From positions 694,640 to 758,639 of the forward strand of contig JAWQFM010000010.1 of NCBI GenBank assembly GCA_033442325.1: DNA of 64,000 bases. Direction: 5' to 3'. Below are positions 51,044-64,000 of the stretch, in pieces. Each line of letters begins with the position of its first letter. The first letter of the stretch is position 1. A program made the translations under genes and the position numbers. The notes under the pieces were generated by a model. It searched no databases, had not been told where the DNA came from, and was given only the letters and a program-made list of their open reading frames with translations. The DNA is from Salpingoeca rosetta. Lineage: Eukaryota > Protista > Choanoflagellata.

Positions 51044-51432
51044 CTTAAACAACAACTTAAACAACAACAACAACAACAACTTAAACAACAACAACAACAA
51101 CAACTTAAACAACAACAACTTAAACAACAACAACAACTTAAACAACAACAACAACAACAACAACAGCAACAACAACTTAAACAACAACTTAAACAACAAC
51201 AACAACTTAAACAACATACTGCTTGGATGAGGGCGACGCCGTTCTTGATAAAGTCCACGACACCATCGTCCGGAGCTTGCGGGTAGCCGCCCTTCTCAAG
51301 CTGCACGTTCACCCAGTTGGTGAATGTGCTGGTCTGCGTCTGGATCCAGCCATCACCTTGTTGCGAGCGCAGGCCAGAGCCTTCGGAAGCCTTGTTGGCC
51401 ACTGCGTTGGCCAGTCCTTTCGGCATCGACAT
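48542..51432 (-). CDS. Tandem calponin-homology actin-binding domain (filamin/alpha-actinin type) fused to an SH3BGR/glutaredoxin-like domain, ~417 aa, 7 exons
   Basis: WIQTQTSTFTNWVN; LEVASGKK...[84 protein letters not shown]. Last exon 48850-48542: KIRVYSSTTTSS...QLPMLFVDDEYIGGYD...ELEKIL. Confidence 0.9.
50848..51216. repeat. Intronic compound (AAC)n repeat punctuated by TTA
   Basis: aacaacaacttaaacaacaac units filling intron 1 of the CH-domain gene. Confidence 0.95.
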
Positions 51433-51721
51433 GGTGAGAGCAGGCGCTTGAGTAAAGATGGAGACAATCAGGCTGGAAAGGGGTGTGTTGTTGTGGGGGT
51501 GGCGATCGAAAAACTAATGCAACAACAAAGCACGAACGACACTGCACACTGCACAACGCACTGCGTCACGAGAACCAAAACAAACGCACTTTGTGGTGTT
51601 GGGATAAGCTGGCAACCGCAACTGTGTGTGGTTTTGCTGTTGTCTGTTCATCATCACTTGTCCTCCTTCCTCCCTTCCCCTCGCCTCCCCTCCCTTCGCT
51701 TCCCTTCAACTTGTTTTCAAG
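51433..51721. promoter_or_regulatory. Putative compact bidirectional promoter (289 bp)
   Basis: Head-to-head ATGs at 51432 (-) and 51722 (+). Confidence 0.5.
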
Positions 51722-52820
51722 ATGCAAGGTGGCGAGGCGCTGGAAGCGCTGCTCTCTGCAGAGGCAGAGGTGTCGCGACTGCAACAGCAGCTGGCAAACC
51801 TGGACGCTGCAATCGACGCCTGCAACGAAGAGGTGCGGCCTCTTCTTCACTTGATGTCGAACCAACACACGCGCACACACACACACACGCACTGGTGTCG
51901 CTCGCCTGTGCTTTTTCTTGCTTGTTGCGTTGAAGTAGCAGCTGTGCAACCGCATCACAAGCATCGCGCACTCACTTCTATGCACCTCTCATCACACATG
52001 CACACATATGTATGTACACAAACACACACGTGTACACGCACACACGTACACACGCACATAAGATGGTCTCTGTGACGGGGAATGATGCGCTGGTCGTAGG
52101 TGGAGGGAGCCGCCAGATGTCGGCCTTGTCGGCGCGCAGCGACTCCATTTCTACAGCGTCATCCACCACCAGACGCCGTGCAACCCATGTATGCCGCTGT
52201 TGCAGTCCGCTGTTGTATGGTGTGCTTATCAATTTGCTACACGCCCTCCCCTTACCACTGCCCATCTCACCCAACCACTTGTGCCGTTGCGCGTGCTGTG
52301 CTGTGCTTTTGTTGATCTTGACCGCTCAACGCAGATGGAGCGGCTGGCTGCGCTGCGCTGCGATGACACAAACCAACTCTCCGCCCGCATCAAAGAGGTT
52401 GACCGACAGCTGGACGCCATCCGCGCCAAGCGCCGTCAGCTCGCAGAGCAAGGCCTGGTTGATCCGTCGTCCGCGGCCGCGCTCCGCATCACATGGAGCC
52501 GACCGACACCCATCCTCTTGGCCAGGTGCTGTACGCAAAGTGTGCAACGCACAGGCACAACATCACGAACACGCGCTCCTACACAAGAAACGCACATGCC
52601 ATGTACGTACATACAAATTTACGTTGATGTTCACCCACTCACAACACCTTCATCTACCACTCTTGTGACATCCAGCAAACGCACCCTGTTGCCGGCGCAG
52701 GAGCTGCGTCTGGAGCATATTCGTGCAAAGAAGCACGCACTCGATCGCTTGTCAGTCTCATGCACGTGTATGTGTGTGGTTTTGTTTGTTTTTATTTTTG
52801 TCTGTGTGCGTGTGTTTGCA

Positions 52821-52893
<73 letters not shown>

Positions 52894-54297
52894 GTTTTGT
52901 CGATCTTGTGTGTGATGACACGTTCGCAACTCCAGGACCTTTGACAAGTGATGCTGTGATGCGTGCTTTCCACCCACCAATGAACAACGTATAGGCACCA
53001 GCGACCATCCCTGCCAAACATGTCTCGGGCCGCGTACCCAAAGTGGCAGCGGCCCACATACGATTTCGTGCGCAGCATCGTCACATCGCTGCTGGATGAC
53101 CTGCTTGACACCAAAGGTGCGCTGCACTTGACAGTCGGCTGCATCACATCACACACACTCAGCTTGTGTGCGTGCGTGCGTGTGTGTGTGTGTGTGTGCG
53201 TGTGTGTGTGTGTGTGTGTGCCGTCTCTCACCTGCTTGGCTTGTCTGTCGCTGTACCTGCCGGTTGTGCGTGCAGTGCTGGACATTCCCCCAGACGTCAA
53301 CGCAAACTACGATTCCGCCATTGCCGCTGCACAACACCTCAAAGTCTCTTGGGTATGCAAACGATATATTTTGTGAAGCGAGACCTTCATGGCTCTATTC
53401 CCTTGCTGGTAATCACACGCAGGACCGCGACAATGGCTCTCACGCTGCTCACATGTCCTCTTCCAATGAACGCCACCTGCACATTCACGCACGCATGTAC
53501 TGCGCCTGTCGTCCAGTGGCTGGCGAAAGAGCTTGAGGAAGAGGTCATCTCCGAGGCGTGCCGGTCAGTGGCGGGCGAGTTGATAGCACTGCGCGATTTC
53601 GTGCACACGCAAGTCCGTGTACTCATGCGCTCCTCCGTCGCCTCCGCCCCAAGCACAGCCCCTGTACGCCCCCTGCCGCTGCTGAGACGCTGACATCCTT
53701 GTGCTGTGCGCTGTGCATGTTTGTGTACGTGTACTTGTGTGTGTGTATGTATGTGTGTGTACTTGTGTGTGTGTGTGTGCGTGTGTGTGTACTTGTGTGT
53801 GTACTTGTGTGTGTGTACTTGTGCGTGTGCGTACTTGTGCATGCGTGTGTGCGTTTGATTGCCTATCTGTCTGCCTATCTATCTGTCCATCTGCGGGGTG
53901 TGGCTGCACATGTGTATTTCCGTGCCTTGCTGCTTGCGTTTCTCCAACTTGACACACACACACGCGCGCGCGCGTACGCTCATACATTCCAATGTAGGCC
54001 GAGCCACGCAGCAACCGGCTGGACCAAGTCATCGATGCAATGCTCAAAGCGCGCTCCCGCTCCTTCTACTGCATCAAGCACTCCCAGTCCGTCGCGGTGC
54101 GTCAACACCATGTTCTGCTGTACAAGAACAGACGTGGCACCACCCTCCACGACAATATGTCTGCTTTTGCTTTGTACAACGCCTTGTCTTGCTCACCAAC
54201 CTTCCCTTGTGTGTGCGTACGTCTGTGTGTGTGTGTGTGTTTGCGTGTCTCTGTGTGTGTGTGTGTGTTTGCGTGTCTGTGTGTGTGTGTGTGTTTG

Positions 54298-54344
<47 letters not shown>

Positions 54345-57096
54345 GTGTCTGTGTGTGTCTGTGTGTGTGTGTGCGTGTGCTCCGTCAGTTCCGCCGCCGT
54401 GCCGATACGACTGCGGCGACAAAGAAGAAGAAGACGGTGACGCTGCATCCGGCGGCGAAGAGCGACACAGAGGACGATGTGGAGGCGCTGGAGGATAGCG
54501 AGTTTGTGCAGGCCAGTCAAGACGGCCTCTACCCAGTCGAATACACGTACGTACACGCGTGTGTATGTAGGGCACGGTGTGTGCAGGCCCCAATGCTTCC
54601 GGTCACTTTGTCTGCTCCACAACGCCCTCCAGCCTTTGCAGCGTGTCTTGTATTTCTCTTCCCTGTCTGTTGAACTACTCTGCCAAACATGCTCGACATG
54701 AATGACCTACCGCGCTCTCTCATGGGCATGTGTAAATTCACACTTGTTCTCCTTTGGCGGTCATGGCCATCAAGCAGATATGCAGGCGCCCCCTCGTCGC
54801 CGGCATCCACTACAACTTCACCAACAAATGTCCTGGTCAGTTGCTCGGAGTAATGTCACCCACCACCACACATAGTTACAACGCACGCTTGGTCTCCGCC
54901 GTAAATGTGCCAGAAAACACGTGGCAGGAGACAAATGCGCACACACTTGATTTTCACACGTGCACTGAGTGCGCCTGCCTCTCCGTTGCTGCATCCTCAA
55001 CAGCCGCTGGCGCCAAACTGGACGAGAGATCCGTCGAGGGAGTGGCGGGCGGCGTTTGCGCAATCGCTCGACGTGACCTTCTCGCCGTCTCGAAAGTTTG
55101 CATGCCTGTTGTCCCAGGTAGAGAGAGAAACAAAGTTTCGTGTGCAGTTGATGCTGTTCTGCCAACTGCCACTTTGCTTGTTGCGTTTGCTGCCTTGGTT
55201 ATTTGTTTTTGATATTTTGTTTGCAGTTCCTATGTTGGAGTCAGCATGTGTGCGTCATGGTGGATTTGTCTCAGTGGTTCACCCCTGCTCCCCCCCCCCA
55301 CCCCCTCGCTCCCCATTGTATCCACGCACATCTCCCCCCCCCTCCCCCCTTCTCCTTCATCAGCGTGACCTGGTGGTCATTCGCTTTGACGGCGGCAAAT
55401 TCGGCCACACCCTCACCCACGACCCCGTGCACGCAAAGCCGATTTTCGTGTCCTGGGCAGAGGTGAGACCTTGTCGGCCTCGTGTGCTCACAACTGATGC
55501 CCAGACTCCCACATACAACAGTCACGGTTGCTAGGTTGTTGAGCATGACTAGGGGCAGGGTTGTGTTGTGTGTACTCACCCAACATCTGTACGTACGTAC
55601 ACACACACACGTACACATGGATGTGCGTGTGTGTGTGTGTGTGTGCGTTTACAGAATGAGCAGTCGTTTCTTGTGCTGCACGATGATTCTTCGCTCAGCC
55701 TCTGGTGGGTGGTTTGTACAATGGACAGCCGCGTGCCATGCCGCACTTGTTTACATCGCCTTTCTGTTCTTGTGTGATCTCATGACGTCACTTCACACTG
55801 TTCCTCTCGCACCTCCTCCCTCCACCCCCTTTGCGAACTCTTGCCTGTCGAAACCGAAACAGGACGTTCAACACAACCGCACACACCCGCTCGTGTGTTG
55901 CCATCACCATTGCGCAGATGATGAAACTGCCAACCAGGTCGCTACTGATTAATGGTGGTATTTGTTTGCGGTGGCTGTGGTTGTGGTGATGTTTGTGGTG
56001 GTTGTGGCAGTGACTGTGCTCATGTAATCGGTCATTTGAATTGTGACCATGCCGTGCGCAACTGTCATGGTTTAACAAATACACACACGCACATACACAC
56101 ACACATACTTCTTGCCTTATCGTTTGTTCACGCACCACCACCGTGATCGTGTTTGCCCATGTGTGCGAGCAGCTTCGACGGCCTGACGCTGATGCCGATT
56201 CGCTGCCATTTCCTTCCGTCGTTTTCACTCCTGGGCGATCAAACACACGCGCTTGTCATGTTTGCCAACGGTGACATGCTGCCCATTGCATTGCCCTCCC
56301 TGACATCGCCCATAACTCCTGCCCCGACAACACCAGCGAGCCGCAGCACCAGCGGGACGCGGAGACGAACAGCAGCAGCAGCGCAGAGCAACTCGAATAA
56401 TGGCAGTGGTGTCCGCGATGATGGTGATGGTGGAGGTGATGGGGGAGAGCAGACCAACCGTGGCGATGATGGTGGTCGTGAGAACACCGGCGGGGATGGT
56501 GCTGAGAGGCTAACACGCATGCCACGACGAAGCAGCATCTCCATCAGCACGACAGGCTTGAAGACCACGCGCACCAGCACTGTTGGGGGCCCGCTCGGCA
56601 GTCGAAAGGCAACCAGCACCATGCAGCAGCAACAGCAACAGCAACAAGGCAACCGACAAAGCGTAAATCCCTCGCGCTACGGGACGCTTTCCCGCACTCG
56701 CGGCAGTCGACAGTTGGCAAACCACCTGTGCCGAGGTCAATTGCACGTGACAAACAGTGGTGGTGGTGGTGGTGGTGGAGTGGTGATGGTGCCAATACGC
56801 GTGTGTACATGTGTGTAAATGTGGAACGTTGACGTTACAGTATTGACAGACATCATGCAGTTGCTTGAAGTGGCTGCACAGTCGTATCATAACCCCCACA
56901 CTCATGTCTCTCGCGCCGCGATTGTTGTACACATGCTGCATGCTGCCCGTCAGCGCACCGTCACGATGTGATGCACTACCACTGGGGTCTGCGCGGGCTG
57001 GTCACCCTTGATCGCGTCGCCCATCTCTGCATGTGGCAACTGGATGAGGAGTTTCTGACAGGATTTGGATGGTATGTGTGTGTGTGCATGCGTGTG

Positions 57097-57150
<54 letters not shown>

Positions 57151-58018
57151 GACGTCTTGCTTGCTTGCGTCCGCTCGTGTGCGTGTGACGTCTTGCTTGC
57201 TTGCGTCCGCTCGTGTGCGTGTGTGGTCTTGCTTGCTTGCGTCCGCTCGTGTGCGCGTGCGATCGTCTTTGCCTTCTTTGTCTTTGTCTTTGTTCGAAGC
57301 TGGTGATGATGCTGGGTAACTGTCAGTCCCACTCGCTGCATTTCTCTCCTCTTTCAATTCAGGGTGCGACCAAGCAAAGAGTTGAGTTTGCAACTGTGTC
57401 GGCTACAGGCCTGGCCAAAATCCAAACCAGTCACAAAGTTTTCCGACGTCAGTTTGTTGCATCCGTGTGCCTGTCTGCTTGCTGCTGTGCCAACGCAAAC
57501 GCCTGCATTTCCTTCCAACCTGCGTGCTCGTCCACTTTGCTTCCTGAAAAGGTTGCGACCTGATGTTGTTTGTCATGCTGTGCCATGGCGTTTATCGCCT
57601 CTTTGCCTTATCCCATGCAGTCGCGGCGTGGGAGCAAGCGTAACCAGACCGCCACGCGGCGCCAGCGCGCACTTGAGCAGTTTGCAGCCATGAACATGCC
57701 CGACGAGCCCTGGATTGAGGAGGTTGGGCAGTTGTGATGGTGGATGTTGTTCTTGCTCCTATTCTCGTTCTCGTTGCTGCTATTCTTTGTTTCTGTTGTT
57801 CTTTGTTAAAGTTGTTGCTGTTTCAGTGAACGATGCTGCTGCTGTTGTTGAATCGCTGTTGTCGCCCTGTGCTTGGTTCATTGCAGACCCACGGCAGTAC
57901 CATCACGAGGACATTTCGGCCAGCGAATGTCCAGCAGGGCGACTTCACCTGCGCCCTCCTAACCTTCAAGAACAAGTGCGTCGGCTGAATGTGCTGTTGT
58001 CGTTGTTGTGTGTGTTTG

Positions 58019-58055
<37 letters not shown>

Positions 58056-58056
58056 C

Positions 58057-58126
<70 letters not shown>

Positions 58127-59392
58127 CTGAATGGCCGTTTTGTCCGTCCAGCTTCTCCTTTATTTTCTGGTTCATCTGGCTGGCCTCGTTCCCATTCAAA
58201 CGTTTCAACTGATCATGTCACGTAATGCGACGTGCATGCATCAGGACCCTCATCAAGTTCCAGACGCAGCAGTTTTCTCAGCAAAACGTCATCTGCAACA
58301 AAATCATCGGCACCGTCGTCACGAATTGCCGAAGTGCGCGCACCACAAGCTGTCTGCACATGCATACGCACCAACTGATTGAGGCTCTGTCTCTGCGTGT
58401 GCGTGTGTGCGTGTGCGTGTGCGTGTGTGTGTGTGTGTTGCGTTGTGGCATGTGCGTGTGCGTGTGTGCGTGTGTCTGCGTCATTGTGTGTGGTATATAC
58501 GCGTCTCCTTCTTCTTCTTGACTGACCCACATGCGTGCATGATCTCCTCTGCAGAACGGGTTGTGATTGCTGCCCTGTTTTCCGAATGCTTTCAGTTGCC
58601 AAGCGAGATTGTTGTCTTCATGATGGATCTGGAACAGGACGTGAGTTTGTTCACGTGGCCGTGTGCGTATGTGTGAGTGATTGTATGTGTCTGTCTTGCT
58701 GTCTGTATGCCTGTCTGCCTGCCTATCTGTCTGTCCATCGCAAGAGCGAAACAGCGGCGGTTCTTTTTCCGTGTTGTTCTGCTTGGTGGCGTGCTCTCAC
58801 CACCATGGTCGTGAGTCTGCGTGGACCTCTCAAACAGGTGTTGTACCGCATGTGCACGATTCCTGTTGACAAGGAGACGTACAACTTCTGCATCAACACG
58901 TGGGACAGTGGACAAGGTGTCCACCTCCTCAAGCAGGACGGTGATGACTTGCCAGATGTTCTCGTTCACGCAGGAAAGCATGCCTACGTCTGCCGTCTTC
59001 ACAATGTGCGTCACAAGTGCCGGGCATTTGCGTGTCTCGTGCCAACACATGTGCGAAGACATTTCGCACATGCAAAGCACTCATAGCGCGTTCGCGCGCA
59101 CACCTGCACTTAAATGCACATACATTGATGAGCACATGTGGCTCCACCATCGATGCTTTCGCTCCTGCCAATGGCGTAAAGCTCATACATCTCGCACACC
59201 CGCGTGCATGCGAGCAGGGCAGCGCGCAGCCGATCCGCTTCCCGTCTTTCATTATGAAGCATTTGCATGAACTCAACATGTCAACCGTGAGTAATGCCTC
59301 GACATCGCTGCTGATACTGTTGCTGATGATGCTGCTGTCATTGCATCATATCTTTGATTTTTATCATCGTCTACAACAACCTCACCTTGTCG

Positions 59393-59439
<47 letters not shown>

Positions 59440-59612
59440 TTATGCATGAGGCTGAGTTGGTGGTGTGTCTGTACAGCATGGTCGTTGGAAGGGCGGCTGT
59501 TCTTCGCTGTCAGGTTGCGAGTGCAAAGAAACTACCACCATCGCGCGCTGTGAGTGCAGCATCAAAGGAATCAACGACAAGTTCTGCCGAAGATACAAGA
59601 TCACAGTCATGA
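51722..59612 (+). CDS. Large multi-exon hypothetical protein (N-terminal coiled coil, possible degenerate beta-propeller)
   Basis: MQGGEALEALLSAEAEVSRLQQQLANLDAAIDACNEE|MERLAALR...EVDRQLDAIRAKRRQL. Many short GT-AG-bounded coding islands between microsatellite introns (e.g. FLVLHDDSSLSLW, LVTLDRVAHLCMWQLDEEFLTGFGW). The full exon chain was not verified and could be more than one gene. Confidence 0.6.
57145..57252. repeat. 36-bp minisatellite, 3 copies
   Basis: gcgtgtgacgtcttgcttgcttgcgtccgctcgtgt repeated three times; intronic. Confidence 0.9.
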
Positions 59613-60010
59613 TTGCACGCGCATGCGCGCGCACGTGTGTGTGTGTCCGTGTGTGTGTGTGTGTGTGTGTCCGTGTGTGTGTGTGTGTGTCCGTGTGTGT
59701 ATGAGATAGAGTAGCCTTGATTGCTGTGTTATTTATTGCCCACAATGTGAAGCGCATCTGTTACAGTCACATGATCAGCGTGTAAGAGGTCATAAAGGAA
59801 TGAAATAAGAACGTAAACACCTCGACATACAGCTCTTCCTTGTGCGAAGGCAACATCCAATTCACGTTGGAGACAACACAAACAAGCAACGGAAAGAATC
59901 AACGGTAAGCAGCGTGCAAGGCAAGCAGCGTGCTATCCGCGCCACCAGTACGGAACACATGGACAACAAACGCATGTTAGTGCCACCTCTGCACCCCGTC
60001 CACGTTGTGC

Positions 60011-60837
60011 TCACGGGTTTCCCATTGGAGGAGCGCTCGCGACACCAACACCTCCCGGCGGTGCCGCATGGGTCTCTTGCTGGTGGTGTCGTTGGTGTTG
60101 GTGTCTTTGATGTTGCTGCTGTTGGTGTTGTTGTTGTTGTTGTTGTTGTCGATGTTGATGTTGCTGTCTGTGAGCACCGGTATTGCTACTGCTGCTGCGA
60201 TGGGCACCAACAGCAGCAGGGGGCGCTGATGCGCGGGACAGGTGCGCCGCTGGCGGGGCAGATGCCGTCCCCACAGGCGTACGGTGCCGCAAATGCGACG
60301 ACGATGACGGTGGTGGTGGCGCAGTTGGTGCTGATGCTGACGGTGTTGATGGTGCAGTTGGTGTTCGTGCAGTTGGTGTTCGTGCAGCTGTGCCAGCCAC
60401 CGGCGCTGCTGTTGATGCCATGAATGGTGCGGACGCTGTCCTCGCTGCCCTTGCATCGGCCGCTGTTGCCGTAGCTGTTGATGATGATGCTGCCGTTGTC
60501 GCCGTCACTGCGGCCTTGACTGGCGATGGGTCGCGCGCAATGCGGGTTCTGTCCCCCAACGGCTGCATGTCGCCCATCTTCACCTGCATTTGACCGCGTG
60601 GTACTTGGAGGAAGGTGATGTATGACTGCGGATTCTCTGCTTTCGGTTTCCATCCCAGCATCTCCGTCTGGCATCCAACTTCTCTGGTCCGCTTCCTCCG
60701 CTTCCTTCTTCGAACGCCCTTCATGTCGTCCTCCTGTGTCGTCTTCGCGGCCGTGCTCCCAGGAAGTACCCCTCCCGTCTCCTCACTTTCTTCGTCCCCA
60801 TCCTCCCTCGCATCCTGCTCCTCCCTCTCATCCCTCA

Positions 60838-60871
<34 letters not shown>

Positions 60872-61417
60872 ATCATCGTCATCATCGTGAGCGCTGCCGC
60901 CTGTTCTGTAAGTGGCCTCGTCCACGTGCAGCAGGTGTACCTCGGACACGAGCGACTCTGCCGTTTCGCCAGGCAGCGTGAGCACGCTGGAGCCGTTGGG
61001 CCCGCGGGCAACCTGGATCCCTTTCTTTGCCAGATATGACACGAGGGACACGGAGGCGCCCACGCCCACCCGCACCGCCGACAGCGCTGTCCAGAACAAG
61101 CCAGTCACAGCGCCGGACACGGCACCACTCACGCCGCCGACAATGCCGCCTATGGTCGTGTTGACGCCGACGTTGGCGATGCCCTTTGCGGCAAGCACGG
61201 CCGTCTCCTCGGTCAGCTTTGCGGCAAAGGCGACGATGTCCCCGGCTGCGTTGCGCGCGGCCAGCGTCCACGCCACCGTGTCAACCACCTGCCGTCCGCA
61301 CGAGCACGAGCTGGAGCTGGATGCGCCCACGCATTTCTCACACACTTGCGTTCCGCGCGTCGCCATCACCACCACCACCACGGCGTCGTCCCCGTCGCTG
61401 CCGTCATTCACATCCAT
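60011..61417 (-). CDS. Hypothetical protein, 468 aa, copy 2 of 25010-26446
   Basis: MDVNDGSDG...SAPPMGNP, near-identical to copy 1 with frame-preserving indels. Confidence 0.75.
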
Positions 61418-62123
61418 CCTCCTCTGCTGATGTTGTTGGTGTTGTCCCTTGTTTGGGGGAGGGATGGCTGGATGGTGATCAAGAGAGAAGCAAAGAAAGG
61501 TTCTGCAGCAGCTTGTGTCGAATGCGTGTGTCGCTTCTGAGTGCTTTGGTTGCTTTGGTCGTTGCGGTGGTGGAAATGGATGCGTCATCGCCGCGATTGT
61601 GCCGATTGTTTGCAGTGCCACCAACAACATATCGTCAAATGCTCTGGTGGTTTGTGTGTGCTTTGTGTGTCGTGTGTCGTGTGGTGGTGTGGTGTGGTGG
61701 TTGTGTGGTGTGGCTGGCCCTCGAGCCATCCCTCTGGCCGTCTCGTCCCTCTGTGCTGCTGCACCCACAGTCGCACAGTCTCAGCACTCAGTCTCACTCA
61801 TCACCTCACATGCTCACATCACACGCACATGCATGTATGCACTCGTATTCTGTATCACTTGGCTGGGGTTGGGGTGACGAATCATTTACAGACAAGCAAG
61901 CAAGCAAACGCAATGTAGCATCACCATTGCGCCGCAGCTGAAGAGCTGACTACAACGCCAGAACAGAACGCCATTCAACACACAATCACGCTGCTTCGTT
62001 TCCTTCCACACTGCACAACAAACACACTCTCGTCCTCACACACAACCAACCCTCACACGCACCAGCACGCTTCCCCTCCCCCAGCCCGTCCTCTCCAGCA
62101 TCCCTGCCCACCAGCCAGCGCGC

Positions 62124-62557
62124 CTACAGCAGGAACTTGCCGTAGTTGAAGTGGAGGTTGTTCTGGCGAACACCAACCTGCAGGCGGTGCCGCTGCTCCT
62201 GCCGAACCGCCCACGCCTGGTCCCGCTTCGTCTCGCCCTTGGGCAGCTGCGGATTCCTGTACCCGAGCGCCTTGTACCTGGCCACACGTGTGTGTGAATG
62301 GGAAGGTGGAGGGCGAGAGTGAGGAAATGGAACACAGGTAGCAAGTATGGTCAGCAAGCACAACAAATTGGTCACATACGAACACGACACGCACGCACAG
62401 ATGAGCACACGGTGTCATGTACCAACATGCGCACGGGGAGACACACACACACACACACTCACACACTCACACTCACACTCACACACACACACACACACAC
62501 TCACTCACACACACACACACACACTCACTCACTCTCACACACACACACTCACACACT

Positions 62558-62588
<31 letters not shown>

Positions 62589-63254
62589 ACACACACACAC
62601 ACACTCACTCACTCACACACACACACACACGGGGACAAAGCACTGACTGTGCAGCGAGGCGGCCGATGACGACGGAATCGCGCGTGTCCTCGCGCCGGAA
62701 CCGCTGCCTGTGATAGCGCTGCATGGTCCGGTGCGCAACGCTCACCCCAGATGGAAGCGCAAGCGCCAGCCCGCTCGTCAGCCGCAGCCCGCCGCTCGGG
62801 TCCTGCACGGGCACCACGTCCAGGCTGGCGTCGCGGTCCGCATCGCTCAGCGCCGCGTTGTCCGGGTAGGTCGAGCTGAAGTCGTAGAAGTCGCCAAGCT
62901 CAAGCTGGCCCTCGTCGCTGTAGTCAACTTGCTTGTGGCCCTTGTCCTCCATGTGCTGCCGCACCGCCTCCAGGCCCGCGCACGCCTTGTTGCACCAGAT
63001 GCACGTGAAGTAGTTGCCCACCTTCAGCTGCAGATACCGCACCAGGCCCTGCAGGTCATCCACAAACTCCAGATGCGGGATGAAGAACCCGTGCTTCTGC
63101 CCCATGTACTCCACATTCTCCTCAAAGCTGTCTGCCCGGTACGTGTCGAACAAGCTGTCCACCAGCTCAAGCACGGGCTCCTCCTCTTCCTCCTCCTCCT
63201 CCTCTTCTTCGTCTTTGGCTGTCTCCATGGCGGTGGACTGTGCAGTTGAGCTAA

Positions 63255-63285
<31 letters not shown>

Positions 63286-63404
63286 TTGTTGTTGTTGTTG
63301 TCTTTCCTTTGCTTCCATCTCCTGTGCCGTCTTTGCCATGAGCGCTTCGTATTTGCGCTTCTGCTCCTCGAAAGGCTGCACATTGGCCTGGGCAGTGCCA
63401 GCAG

Positions 63405-63443
<39 letters not shown>

Positions 63444-63810
63444 GACTGCCAGCTTTGCCGCCATTGCTGACATGTGTCTGCTCTTGCTGTTGGTGCTGTG
63501 GCTGCTGTGCATGTTCTTGCTGGCGCTGCTGGCGGGCCGCTTCCCTTTTCTCGGCGTCCTTGTGCTTCTTGGAGTTGATGTGGTTCTGGTGCGCGTTGCG
63601 AGACGAGAATGTCTTCTTGCACGTCTGGCACTGTTGACGAGGTCATGAGATGATGAGGCGATGAGAGGGGGGAGGGACAGGGGGGCAGGGGGACAGGGGG
63701 ACAGGAGAGAGTGTGTGCGTTGATTTGTGTGTGTGTGTGTGTGTGTGTGTGCGAGCGTGGAGCTGATCGCATTATACAGTCGGGCAGGAAAGGCAGCCAC
63801 AACAAACACA

Positions 63811-63855
<45 letters not shown>

Positions 63856-64000
63856 CGACACACACATTCACACGCACATGGACAAAAATGTCGCACCTCA
63901 CACACACACACACAACAACACTCTAATGTTTTCGTGGCTCTGTGGGCTGTCGCCTCCTCTGTCCGGGTGTGTGTGTACGCTCCCGGGTAAATACCTGCGC
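62124..64000 (-). CDS. ZNF622: ZNF622/Rei1 copy 2; 5'-partial, visible part of exon 1 degraded
   Basis: Exon 2 is open through the polyQ tract (ORF 62605-63381) and the last exon ends YGKFLL at 62124. The segment 63920-64000 aligns to exon 1 with dense mismatches and indels. Confidence 0.85.

Larger units (their letters stand above)
59882..64000 (-). repeat. Right arm of inverted segmental duplication (runs off the window)
   Basis: Reverse complement of 21448-26575 minus the 982-bp cassette-plus-repeat. Confidence 0.95.

Noticed and set aside
57145-57252. 36-bp repeats as a CRISPR array
   Set aside because: Head-to-tail tandem copies with no spacers, inside a eukaryotic intron.
61418-61768. 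117-aa N-terminal extension of the copy-2 hypothetical ORF
   Set aside because: Starts at a non-ATG codon and is not open in copy 1; treated as UTR.

Overview
Intron-rich, GC-rich eukaryotic genomic DNA whose introns are packed with (CA)n/(GA)n microsatellites. This style and the holozoan gene content suggest a choanoflagellate such as Salpingoeca (inference, not verified). About 15 gene models can be read: a DUF4062-NACHT-WD40 (NWD1/2-like) gene running off the left edge, Hsp110, a WD40 protein, ZNF622/Rei1, an intronless 186-aa orphan, a low-complexity hypothetical, a TBC1D10-like RabGAP, COX10, an ankyrin protein with a C-terminal F-box-like motif, MRG15, a LamNT-laminin-EGF-furin-repeat type I membrane protein, a tandem-CH/SH3BGR-like fusion, and a large multi-exon hypothetical. 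The main structural feature is an inverted duplication of at least 4.1 kb (21448-26575 vs 59882->64000) carrying ZNF622 and the hypothetical gene, around a 33-kb spacer. The left arm alone holds an 850-bp orphan-gene cassette flanked by a 132-bp direct duplication, and the right arm shows the empty site. Two N-gaps interrupt the MRG15 and LamNT genes. Exon boundaries were read by eye and are approximate unless stated.
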